NCBI GenBank assembly: GCA_016288795.1 | Contig: JAEELI010000007.1 | Span: forward strand, 71,206-135,205 | Source: Bacillales bacterium | GTDB taxonomy: Bacteria > Bacillota_I > Bacilli_A > RF39 > UBA660 | Direction: 5' to 3' | Length of the DNA: 64,000 nucleotides | Shown: positions 19,594 to 27,488 of the stretch, one piece after another | Position numbering within the stretch: position 1 is the first letter of the stretch | How the letters are laid out: each line of letters starts with the position of its first letter | Made by a program: the position numbers and the translations under genes | Notes under the pieces: generated by a model | Told to the model about the DNA's origin: nothing | Seen by the model: the letters and a program-made list of their open reading frames with translations, nothing else | Database searches by the model: none

Positions 19594-20121
19594 TTATAAC
19601 TCATACTCTTTAATTTCGGTATTCTTTAAACCCAACTTTAATAGTTTACCATCTTCAGGAACACCATTAAAATAGACATGAAACGCTTTAGAAACACCAC
19701 TGTGAGAAACAATTAATACTTTAGAATAATTTTTAGTTTTCAATTCATCTAAAAATTCCTTAATTCTTTCACATAACTCAGGCACTCTTTCTTCATCAGC
19801 ATAGATAGTCTTTGAATAGTAATTCCACATTTCATCTCTATCTGTTATAGAAAATGATTTTCCAATTAATGAACGATGATTTCTTTCAGCTAATCTATCA
19901 TCTGTTATTATTTCTTTATTTTTTACGTTAATGATTTGAGCAGTTCTAAGCGCTCTTATTAAAGGAGAAGAAATAATAATATCATAATCTATATTCTTAA
20001 CAATATCGCGCAAATCCATGGCTTGTTTTATACCAACTTCAGTTAAATTTTCATCAGGACTATTATATCTCCCAATAACATTTGATTCACTTTGACCATG
20101 TCTTATTAAATAAACTATCAT
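19594..20121 (-). CDS. histidine phosphatase family protein (phosphoglycerate-mutase-like)
   Basis: Contains the YLIRHGQSESN RHG motif. The ATG at 20121 is preceded by AAGGTGG. Confidence 0.85.
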   Translation of the reverse strand: MIVYLIRHGQSESNVIGRYNSPDENLTEVGIKQAMDLRDIVKNIDYDIIISSPLIRALRTAQIINVKNKEIITDDRLAERNHRSLIGKSFSITDRDEMWNYYSKTIYADEERVPELCERIKEFLDELKTKNYSKVLIVSHSGVSKAFHVYFNGVPEDGKLLKLGLKNTEIKEYEL

Positions 20122-20155
20122 TAATACCACCTTCAAATCTAATTAATTATATCAT

Positions 20156-20181
20156 AAAAAAGAAGGTTTTTTAACCTTCTT
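20156..20181 (-). terminator. terminator after the GNAT gene
   Basis: Minus strand reads AGAAGGTT-AAAA-AACCTTCT followed by TTTTT. Confidence 0.65.
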
Positions 20182-20189
20182 TAGTTGAT

Positions 20190-20774
20190 TTATATTTCGT
20201 TATTAACTATAAAGTCTTCATATTTTTTATTATCTTCTAAAGATTTCTTTACATCTATCCAATAACCCTGTAGAACTTCATCTTTATTTTCATCATATAT
20301 TTCTTTAGTTAAAACACCACCAAGTGCTTTAATAGTTCTTGAAGAACCTTCATTATTTTTATTACAATCCAACATAACTTTATCTACATTATGTTCATCA
20401 CATACTTTTAAAGCCAAGTATAAATTGATTTTATTATATCCTTTTCTTCTTTCTGAAGGTCTTATACTATAACCAATATTACCACCATGTTTTTTTAACT
20501 CTTCTGTTAATGCTAGTCTTATATCTATCATTCCCACAATTCTATTATCACTTTTTCTTATTAAAAAATATGTTTGGGAAGGAACATCTAATTCAGTCTT
20601 TTCTCTATTCCATTTTTCATTAACTACATTAAGCCATTCTTCATAATTATCTAAATATTTATGTAATCCACCTACTCCGTTAATTTTAGAATTATTTTGA
20701 ATAAATTCATTTATATATTCAATGGCTTCAGTTTTTCTTTCTATACTTGGTCTTTCTAAATATAACTTTTCCAT
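20190..20774 (-). CDS. GNAT family N-acetyltransferase
   Basis: GNIGYSIRPSERRKGY (acetyl-CoA binding motif A). Confidence 0.8.
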   Translation of the reverse strand: MEKLYLERPSIERKTEAIEYINEFIQNNSKINGVGGLHKYLDNYEEWLNVVNEKWNREKTELDVPSQTYFLIRKSDNRIVGMIDIRLALTEELKKHGGNIGYSIRPSERRKGYNKINLYLALKVCDEHNVDKVMLDCNKNNEGSSRTIKALGGVLTKEIYDENKDEVLQGYWIDVKKSLEDNKKYEDFIVNNEI

Positions 20775-20775
20775 C

Positions 20776-21258
20776 TTATTGCCTCTTTGTCTTTATTAAA
20801 TCTTTTTTTCTAGTCAATACATAGCTATTATAGTATTCTTTAGATTCAATTAAGCTTTTTTCATAGTTATCTTCCCTAATTTGAGGAAATTCTTCTCCAT
20901 CATAAGATTCAATATTAACTTCAGCTACAAATATTTGATCAACTAGTGGTTCTACTTTAGAAATTAAGGAAGCCCCACCTAAAATAAAAGCATTTTCGGT
21001 GGCTAAGTATAATGCTTGTTCTAAGTTCTTAACAGTTATAATATTACTCCCACTATATCTAGTTCTATTAGAAATAACTAAATTTAATCTATTAGGAATA
21101 GGTCTTCCTATTTCTTCAAATTTATCTACATCCATTATAACTGTTCCATTTTCAGTTAATATATTATATTCTTTTAACTCTTCTTTAATAAGCCAAGGTA
21201 ACTTATCATCTCTTAATAACATATTATTTTTTGATTTTTTTACAAATATTGCTAACAT
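20776..21258 (-). CDS. dihydrofolate-reductase-family protein (divergent NADPH loop)
   Basis: KLPWLIKEELKEY..VIMDVDKFEEIGRPIPNRLNLVIS..ILGGASL aligns to the DHFR core, but the GR(K/H)T loop reads DVDK. Confidence 0.6.
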   Translation of the reverse strand: MLAIFVKKSKNNMLLRDDKLPWLIKEELKEYNILTENGTVIMDVDKFEEIGRPIPNRLNLVISNRTRYSGSNIITVKNLEQALYLATENAFILGGASLISKVEPLVDQIFVAEVNIESYDGEEFPQIREDNYEKSLIESKEYYNSYVLTRKKDLIKTKRQ

Positions 21259-21279
21259 CTGTATCCTCTATTCTAATAA

Positions 21280-21792
21280 TTATTCTTTATAATCTAATCT
21301 TCTTCTCAATTCCATGACCTTTTCCTTGTCTTCTACGTAATCAAATCTTGGTTTTACAAAATTAGAAGAGCCAATTTTCTCTTCAGCATATCTTGGAATT
21401 AATTGAACATGAAAATGATTCATTTCTCCATCACACATTGTGCATAGATAAACGCTTTTGGCTCCGTATACTTCTCTAATGATAATCATTACTTTCTTAG
21501 CTAATAGAAAGGCTCTCTTACATGTTTCATCATCTAATTCCATCATATCTTTAAAATGTTTTTTAGTTCCAATATTAATATGACCATGAGCCCTAGGATT
21601 ACTTATTAAGTAAACTTCAAAATATTCATCTTCATAAATTATTTTATCTTCATTATCTCCAAAAACAACAAAGTCATGTTCTCGATCAAAACATGTTGGA
21701 CATATACCTGATGCCATTAAATCTTCTCTTTTAGCTTCTCCAGATTTTAATAATTCAACTATTTCTTCTGCTCCCAATCCTCTTAATTCCAT
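21280..21792 (-). CDS. HIT family protein
   Basis: Histidine triad NHFHVQLIP near the C-terminus. Confidence 0.8.
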   Translation of the reverse strand: MELRGLGAEEIVELLKSGEAKREDLMASGICPTCFDREHDFVVFGDNEDKIIYEDEYFEVYLISNPRAHGHINIGTKKHFKDMMELDDETCKRAFLLAKKVMIIIREVYGAKSVYLCTMCDGEMNHFHVQLIPRYAEEKIGSSNFVKPRFDYVEDKEKVMELRRRLDYKE

Positions 21793-21802
21793 AAGTCCTC
21801 CC

Positions 21803-22312
21803 TTATTTAAACTTCTTTTTAACTACTTCAGTAAAGTTTATTAATTCATCTAAATTATTAACAAATTTATTTATAAGAAAATCTAAAGTTTCATATGCTT
21901 CCTTTTTATCTTCTTCCGTAATATCCCCACATCTTAATGCATTATTTAATTCATCTTCATCTAAAATGGCATATTCTCCATCGGGAGCAATCACTAAATC
22001 CAAATACAAATCATCTTCATAAGGAATACCATTTTCTAATCCTACTTTTTTAGATACATCAAAATACCACTCAACTAATTCATCTTTATCATCATAGACA
22101 ATAGTTATGGCATATTTTCCATTATCTGGATATACTAAATACCATTCATAATCATTATCCTTTATACAAACTTTATGAATTTCGTTACTAACAACTAAGG
22201 GACTTTCGATATCTTTTAGTTTTATAAAACAAATATCCCCGGTTATATAATCACTTATAATTCTATCTTGTAAATATATACCACTTACAGAATTTGCATA
22301 CCTTCTTTTCAT
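21803..22312 (-). CDS. DUF402 family protein (Ntdp/FomD-like nucleoside di/triphosphatase fold)
   Basis: WYFDVSKKVGLENGIPYEDDLYLDLVIAPDGEYAILDEDEL matches the DUF402 core pattern. Confidence 0.65.
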   Translation of the reverse strand: MKRRYANSVSGIYLQDRIISDYITGDICFIKLKDIESPLVVSNEIHKVCIKDNDYEWYLVYPDNGKYAITIVYDDKDELVEWYFDVSKKVGLENGIPYEDDLYLDLVIAPDGEYAILDEDELNNALRCGDITEEDKKEAYETLDFLINKFVNNLDELINFTEVVKKKFK

Positions 22313-22316
22313 AATA

Positions 22317-22994
22317 TTACCTCTCTAAACTATATAAATCATTAATAATTCTATATTTTGATCTAACTAATTTTCTTTCTCTATCCATGTGCAATACATC
22401 AATTCCTTTGCTGGAAGCTATATCCAAATTAGACTCATTATCATCTATAAATAAAACCTTTTCTGAACTCAAATTATATTCTTCAATTGGATAATCAAAA
22501 AATGTCCCATCTTTTTTTTCTACTCCATAGAATGATGAAATATAGATTTTAGCAAATAACTTATCTAAACCATGTTCTTGCAAATATGGAAGAACACATG
22601 GCCAATTATCTGTTAATAAAATTAATATATATTTTTTATGCAATTTTTCAAGTTCGTCTTCTATATTATCATATAATTTATATTTATCAAATTGATATGT
22701 TCGATTATATGCTATTTCTGAAGCAATTAAATCATCATAAGAACTATAGTCATATTCTCTTAATATCGAAGAATAAAATCTTCTAAACATGTCATATTCC
22801 TCTTCTAAAGTAGTTATTTGTTCAGAGAGAATATGACCATGTTTCTTCCTAATTGATTTAAATCTTTCTAAATCCAATTGAGAAGTATCTATTAATTCTT
22901 TAAACTTAGGAGTAATATCCCAACTACCACTAGCAGGATAGGCAATAACTCCACCAAAATCTAATATCAAATATTTATAATTCATATTAATCAT
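22317..22994 (-). CDS. HAD family hydrolase
   Basis: DxG/DxD-type motif I LILDFGGV and motif IV FIDDNESN. Confidence 0.8.
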   Translation of the reverse strand: MINMNYKYLILDFGGVIAYPASGSWDITPKFKELIDTSQLDLERFKSIRKKHGHILSEQITTLEEEYDMFRRFYSSILREYDYSSYDDLIASEIAYNRTYQFDKYKLYDNIEDELEKLHKKYILILLTDNWPCVLPYLQEHGLDKLFAKIYISSFYGVEKKDGTFFDYPIEEYNLSSEKVLFIDDNESNLDIASSKGIDVLHMDRERKLVRSKYRIINDLYSLER

Positions 22995-23046
22995 CTTTTC
23001 TTATAAATTGATTATATCATAGCACATAAAAAAGTAGATGTCATAT

Positions 23047-23532
23047 CTACTTTACTTTACCTATCTTATTAAAAGGATATAGAACCAAATTAGTTTTACC
23101 TTCTATTTCTCCTTTTTTTATTACTCCAATAGATCTACTATCTAAAGATATTTGACGATTATCTCCCATTAAGAAATATTCATCATCTCCTAAAAGTATT
23201 TCTTGGAAATTACCTGTTTCTCCATAAGCATACTTATCTTTAATAATTTTATCATTTATATATAATTTATTATTCTTATATCTAATCTTTTCTCCAGGTA
23301 GTCCAATAACTCTTTTAATCAAGTTATTTCCTTCTACACTTTTATTAACTACCACAATATCAAATCTTTGATAATTTCTATCATATTTCTTTAATATCAT
23401 GACTTCTTTTCCTTTTAAAGTAGGAACCATACTTTCCCCTTGAACAACTACTGGAGTCATAATAAAAGTTCTAATAATTATAACTATTAAAATAATAACC
23501 AAATATGGAATTAATTCTTTTATAACTCTCAT
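23047..23532 (-). CDS. lepB: signal peptidase I (bacterial P-type, LepB/SipS-like)
   Basis: GESMVPTL (Ser box), IKRVIGLPGE (Lys box) and GDNRQISLDSR. Confidence 0.93.
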   Translation of the reverse strand: MRVIKELIPYLVIILIVIIIRTFIMTPVVVQGESMVPTLKGKEVMILKKYDRNYQRFDIVVVNKSVEGNNLIKRVIGLPGEKIRYKNNKLYINDKIIKDKYAYGETGNFQEILLGDDEYFLMGDNRQISLDSRSIGVIKKGEIEGKTNLVLYPFNKIGKVK

Positions 23533-23571
23533 TTTTATTCTCCTAACAAATAAAAGAAATTAAGTTAGACC

Positions 23572-23916
23572 TTAATTTCTCTCTTTAACCCTATATTCTT
23601 TACGCATTCCTTTAATAAAGTTAAGTTTAGCTCTTCTAACAATACCTTTTTTGACTACTGTAATTTTATCAATTGTTGGAGCATTAATAGGAAATATACG
23701 AGTAACAGGAACTCCGCTTGCAGTCTTACGAACTGAAAAAGTTTCTGAAACACTTCCACCTTTTTTAGCAATTACTAAACCTTCAAAAGCTTGGATTCTT
23801 TCCTTTTTTCCTTCTTTTACCCAAACATCAACACGAACAGTGTCTCCAACTCTAAACTCAGGAATATCTTTACGAATATGACGAGCATTAATTTTGTCAA
23901 CTAAATTTGCCATCAA
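23572..23916 (-). CDS. rplS: 50S ribosomal protein L19
   Basis: PEFRVGDTVRVDVWVKEGKKERIQAFEGLVIAKKG. Confidence 0.96.
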   Translation of the reverse strand: MMANLVDKINARHIRKDIPEFRVGDTVRVDVWVKEGKKERIQAFEGLVIAKKGGSVSETFSVRKTASGVPVTRIFPINAPTIDKITVVKKGIVRRAKLNFIKGMRKEYRVKERN

Positions 23917-23919
23917 TAA

Positions 23920-24010
23920 TCTTCCTTTCTAAAATAATATTACCTGTAATCATTAATATATATTAAACTTAAGCGGATTACATACCTTTTGGGTCGTTAT
24001 TAATTATAGC
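23920..24010 (-). ncRNA. structured 5' leader of rplS (possible L19 autoregulatory leader)
   Basis: Promoter TTGTAT-17-TATAAT, then a leader with a TGTAATC...GATTACA stem just before the RBS. The assignment rests on position and stem only. Confidence 0.3.
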
Positions 24011-24041
24011 ATAGATAAAAATATAATACAAGAATTATTTT

Positions 24042-24404
24042 TTATCTACTTTTTCCCCTTTCCTTGGGTTTTATTTGGCTTTCTAGCAGTGTAATTCTTT
24101 TTATATATCTTTTAAGAGATTCTGGACTAATATATTGATAATATTTATCCATAATAAGTCTTTTTAATTCTTCTATTTTATTTCTAACAATCTCTTCTTC
24201 TCCTTCAGAATCATCATTTTCTTCCATTAACATTAATAAAATATCACGATATTTCTTATTTATCTTTAATTCAAAGATATTTTCAACCATTTCTTTATTA
24301 TATATTAATACTTTTTCATCTTTTTTATTTAGAGTCCAAATTAATTCATCTTCCTTAGATTGAATAGTAAATTCCTTATTAATTCTCTTTATCTTATTTG
24401 TCAT
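24042..24404 (-). CDS. hypothetical charged 120-aa protein inserted between trmD and rplS
   Basis: ORF with an 11-nt overlap onto the trmD 3' end. It has an acidic patch, EENDDSEGEEE, and a basic tail. I recognise no family. Confidence 0.55.
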   Translation of the reverse strand: MTNKIKRINKEFTIQSKEDELIWTLNKKDEKVLIYNKEMVENIFELKINKKYRDILLMLMEENDDSEGEEEIVRNKIEELKRLIMDKYYQYISPESLKRYIKRITLLESQIKPKERGKSR

Positions 24405-25074
24405 TATATTTCTCCCACAAATCAGGTCTTCTTTCTTGAGTCTTTTTAATTTGCATTTCTAAACGCCATTTAGCAATATTTTGATGATTCCCAGATATTA
24501 ATACTTCAGGAACTTCCATTCCCATAAACTCCTTAGGTTTAGTATATGTTGGATAATCTAAAAGAGGACCATCATAAAATGAATCTTCACTGAAACTTTC
24601 ATCATTTATTACACCTGGAATAAGACGCACGATCGAATCAGTTAAAACTGAAGCAGGTATTTCTCCACCAGTTAAAACGTAATCTCCAATACTAATTTCA
24701 TAATCTACAAATGATCTAATTCTCTCGTCAAAACCTTCATAATGACCACAAATTAATATTAAATGTTTTTCTTTAGAAAAATCTTTGGCCATAGCTTGAT
24801 TATACAAAGAGCCATCTGGAGTTAATAATATAACTTTACTATTTTCTTTCTTTAAATCTTTAATCGCACGATATATTGGCTCACATGCTAAAACCATTCC
24901 TGGACCTCCTCCATATGGAGAATCATCAACCTTTTTATGAGGATCAAGTGAATAATCACGAAAATTAATTATATTTATTTCTACTAATTTATTCTCTATT
25001 GCTCTTTTAATAATAGATTCAGAAAATAAACCATCAAACATATTAGGAAATAAAGTCAATATATCTATTTTCAT
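24394..25074 (-). CDS. trmD: tRNA (guanine37-N1)-methyltransferase
   Basis: MKIDILTLFPNMF..., DDSPYGGGPGMV, GHYEGFDERI. Confidence 0.96.
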   Translation of the reverse strand: MKIDILTLFPNMFDGLFSESIIKRAIENKLVEINIINFRDYSLDPHKKVDDSPYGGGPGMVLACEPIYRAIKDLKKENSKVILLTPDGSLYNQAMAKDFSKEKHLILICGHYEGFDERIRSFVDYEISIGDYVLTGGEIPASVLTDSIVRLIPGVINDESFSEDSFYDGPLLDYPTYTKPKEFMGMEVPEVLISGNHQNIAKWRLEMQIKKTQERRPDLWEKYNDK

Positions 25075-25565
25075 AAAATCAAATCACTTCCTTTATTTGT
25101 AATTATTTTCTTATCTTTAAAGTCTATATCAATAATAAAATCCGGAATATTTGGAATGTAAAAGGTCTTTTCACCCATAATTTTTAATAAAGAATAGGCT
25201 TTATTCTTCTCATAGTCTATAACTTTTCCAATTATTTTATCATTATCATAAACATCAAAATTAATAAGATCACTTAATAAATATTCCCCAGGATTTAATT
25301 TTAAATCATCTTTATCTATATATATTATTTTATTTTTATACTTTAATACTTCATTAATATTAGAATAATTGTTCAATAAAATTAAATCTAAGCCTTTATG
25401 AACTCGATGATTATTTATTGTTTCTTTAATTTTATTATCCCCGATAAACAATGCGAAATCATTTGTGAATATTCTATCTTTAAATTCAAAGTCACTTAGA
25501 ACTTTTAATTCTCCTTTAATACCAAAAGTATTAATGATTTTGCCAACTTTAATGTAAGTTTTCAT
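25071..25565 (-). CDS. rimM: 16S rRNA processing protein RimM
   Basis: IKVGKIINTFGIKGELKV plus a PRC barrel. The ATG at 25565 follows GAGG. Confidence 0.9.
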   Translation of the reverse strand: MKTYIKVGKIINTFGIKGELKVLSDFEFKDRIFTNDFALFIGDNKIKETINNHRVHKGLDLILLNNYSNINEVLKYKNKIIYIDKDDLKLNPGEYLLSDLINFDVYDNDKIIGKVIDYEKNKAYSLLKIMGEKTFYIPNIPDFIIDIDFKDKKIITNKGSDLIL

Positions 25566-26277
25566 AATAAACCTCATACATTAATATACTAGCTGATACA
25601 CCAGCATTAAGACTTTCAACTCCATCATTCATTGGTATTAAAACTCTTTCTTGAGCTAAAGCACTAACATCATCAGATACGCCAGCTCCCTCATTACCAA
25701 TGATAATTGCCCATTTACTTGCTTTAATACTTCTTATATCTACTCCATTTTTTACTGAAGTAGTTATTACTTTGTATTCTTTATCTAGATTATTTATAAA
25801 CTCTATTATATTTTTTCTAATAACATTAACATGAAAAATCATTCCCTCAGAAGCGCGAATTACTTTTGAATTATATAAATCAACTGAATCTGTACTAATA
25901 ACTATATTTTTAAAATTGAAGGCTGCAGCGCTTCTTATGATAGTTCCTAAGTTACCTGGATCTTGAATTCTATCTAGAATAATAATATTTCCCTCAATAT
26001 CTTTTTCTGGCAAAAAGTAACACACTGCAATCAAACTAGCACTAGTTTGTTGCTCTGATAATAATTTCATTATTTTATCAGTAACATGATAAGTTGGTAC
26101 ATCAAAAACCATATTACTATCTATAGTAATTATTTCTTTAACAATATTTATTTTTAAAGCTTCATCTATTAGATGACTATCCTCAATTAAAAATAGTCTT
26201 TCTTTATCACGGAACTTTTTAGTTTTCAATTTTTCCCAAAACTTTACTTTTTCATTATTTAGGCTAGTAATTTCCAT
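25549..26277 (-). CDS. TrmH/SpoU family RNA 2'-O-methyltransferase
   Basis: LDRIQDPGNLGTIIRSAAAF, IIGNEGAGVS, IPMNDGVESLNAGVSASI. Confidence 0.88.
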   Translation of the reverse strand: MEITSLNNEKVKFWEKLKTKKFRDKERLFLIEDSHLIDEALKINIVKEIITIDSNMVFDVPTYHVTDKIMKLLSEQQTSASLIAVCYFLPEKDIEGNIIILDRIQDPGNLGTIIRSAAAFNFKNIVISTDSVDLYNSKVIRASEGMIFHVNVIRKNIIEFINNLDKEYKVITTSVKNGVDIRSIKASKWAIIIGNEGAGVSDDVSALAQERVLIPMNDGVESLNAGVSASILMYEVYYENLH

Positions 26278-26337
26278 TCTTTTCACCAACATTAGTATAT
26301 CAATAAATTAAAAATAATGAAACTATTTCTAGTTTCA

Positions 26338-26973
26338 TTACCATAATTTTAATTTCTTTCTTCTTTCTTTATAATCCGGAAGTGCCTCTGCTACTATTGC
26401 CCAGAACTTCTTGCCGTGATTACCTTCATAGAAATGAGCCATTTCATGAATAATAACATAATCTATTAAAGATACATCTTTTTTTAGAAGTTCACTATTT
26501 AAAGTAATAGTCTTAGCCTTAGTATTACATACTCCCCATCTAGTTCTCATTTTTCTAATTTTTAGAGAAAATTCAGGTAAATTACTAAAGCATTTTTTAC
26601 ACATTTCAATTTCTTCTTGAAATACTCTTTCACACTCATTTTTATAAAAATTATCTAAGTATTCTTCGTCTTGACAAGTAATTCGATTATCCTCAAAAGT
26701 TATATCTTTAACTCTATTATCAAATGTAACTTCATATCCTATTCCTAAATACCAGAATAACTTGTCTCTTTCACTCTTTTGTAATGCGTCCTCATACATT
26801 TTTAATATTGCTGAAGAATTCTTAGTAATAAGATTTCTTATTTCTACGTCACTTATAAATTGAGGCGCTGTGATAATAAGGGTGCAATTTTCATCAAAAC
26901 GAAAATAAAGATTCTTATTATCTTTTCTAATAACTTCATAATTTATAATGTAATCATTCAATTTAAATTTCAT
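26338..26973 (-). CDS. YgjP-like (DUF45/M48-family) metal-dependent hydrolase
   Basis: RWGVC...ITLNSEL and the zinc motif VIIHEMAHFYEGNHGKKFW. Confidence 0.85.
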   Translation of the reverse strand: MKFKLNDYIINYEVIRKDNKNLYFRFDENCTLIITAPQFISDVEIRNLITKNSSAILKMYEDALQKSERDKLFWYLGIGYEVTFDNRVKDITFEDNRITCQDEEYLDNFYKNECERVFQEEIEMCKKCFSNLPEFSLKIRKMRTRWGVCNTKAKTITLNSELLKKDVSLIDYVIIHEMAHFYEGNHGKKFWAIVAEALPDYKERRKKLKLW

Positions 26974-27006
26974 ATTATCACTTCTTAATTTTACCATAAA
27001 AAGACA

Positions 27007-27423
27007 TTAACTTGCAATTTCATTTAACCAAAAATAGTCTTTATTTTTAAAATCACAGACAAATAAATTGTCACTTTTCAAATAATTGACAAGTAATGTT
27101 GGTTTAATATAATCACTTTTTAATAACATATGACTCTTAAAAACTTTTAAAGTAGTGTTCTCGGGGCGATATTTATTATATACATAATGAACATCGCCAT
27201 CCCTACTATAGTATTTATAGCTAGCAAATAAATTATTAATTTTAGTATTTAAATAATTCTTATCAAATATATCAAATATATTTTTATATAGATAAAAAGA
27301 AACTCCTTGGGAACTACTATCCAGATAATATAAATCCATAATAGTTTTAAATAAATTATAAGGAGTTTCCTTCATTAATAAGACTATTTCTTTTTTAATT
27401 TTAAATATAAAATATGTTCGCAT
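27007..27423 (-). CDS. hypothetical protein, possibly SirA/YneE-like (sporulation inhibitor of replication)
   Basis: Sits directly downstream of the tkt homologue, as yneE (sirA) does in Bacillus. By-eye resemblance at both ends (YFIFKIKKEI.., ..CDFKNKDYFWLNEI). This is recalled similarity only. Confidence 0.3.
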   Translation of the reverse strand: MRTYFIFKIKKEIVLLMKETPYNLFKTIMDLYYLDSSSQGVSFYLYKNIFDIFDKNYLNTKINNLFASYKYYSRDGDVHYVYNKYRPENTTLKVFKSHMLLKSDYIKPTLLVNYLKSDNLFVCDFKNKDYFWLNEIAS

Positions 27424-27488
27424 ATAATCACCTTAAAGCAATTATATAACTAAAGTTTTAAAAAAATTGTCACATATTAGTATGTATT

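Noticed and set aside
23047-23532. Whether the signal peptidase here is the SipW-type enzyme that could process the 'AYF' signal proteins
   Set aside because: It has the bacterial P-type Ser/Lys boxes (GESM, KRVIG, GDNRxxSxDSR). It is not the ER/archaeal-type Ser/His SipW pattern, so it gives no support for a dedicated peptidase in this window.
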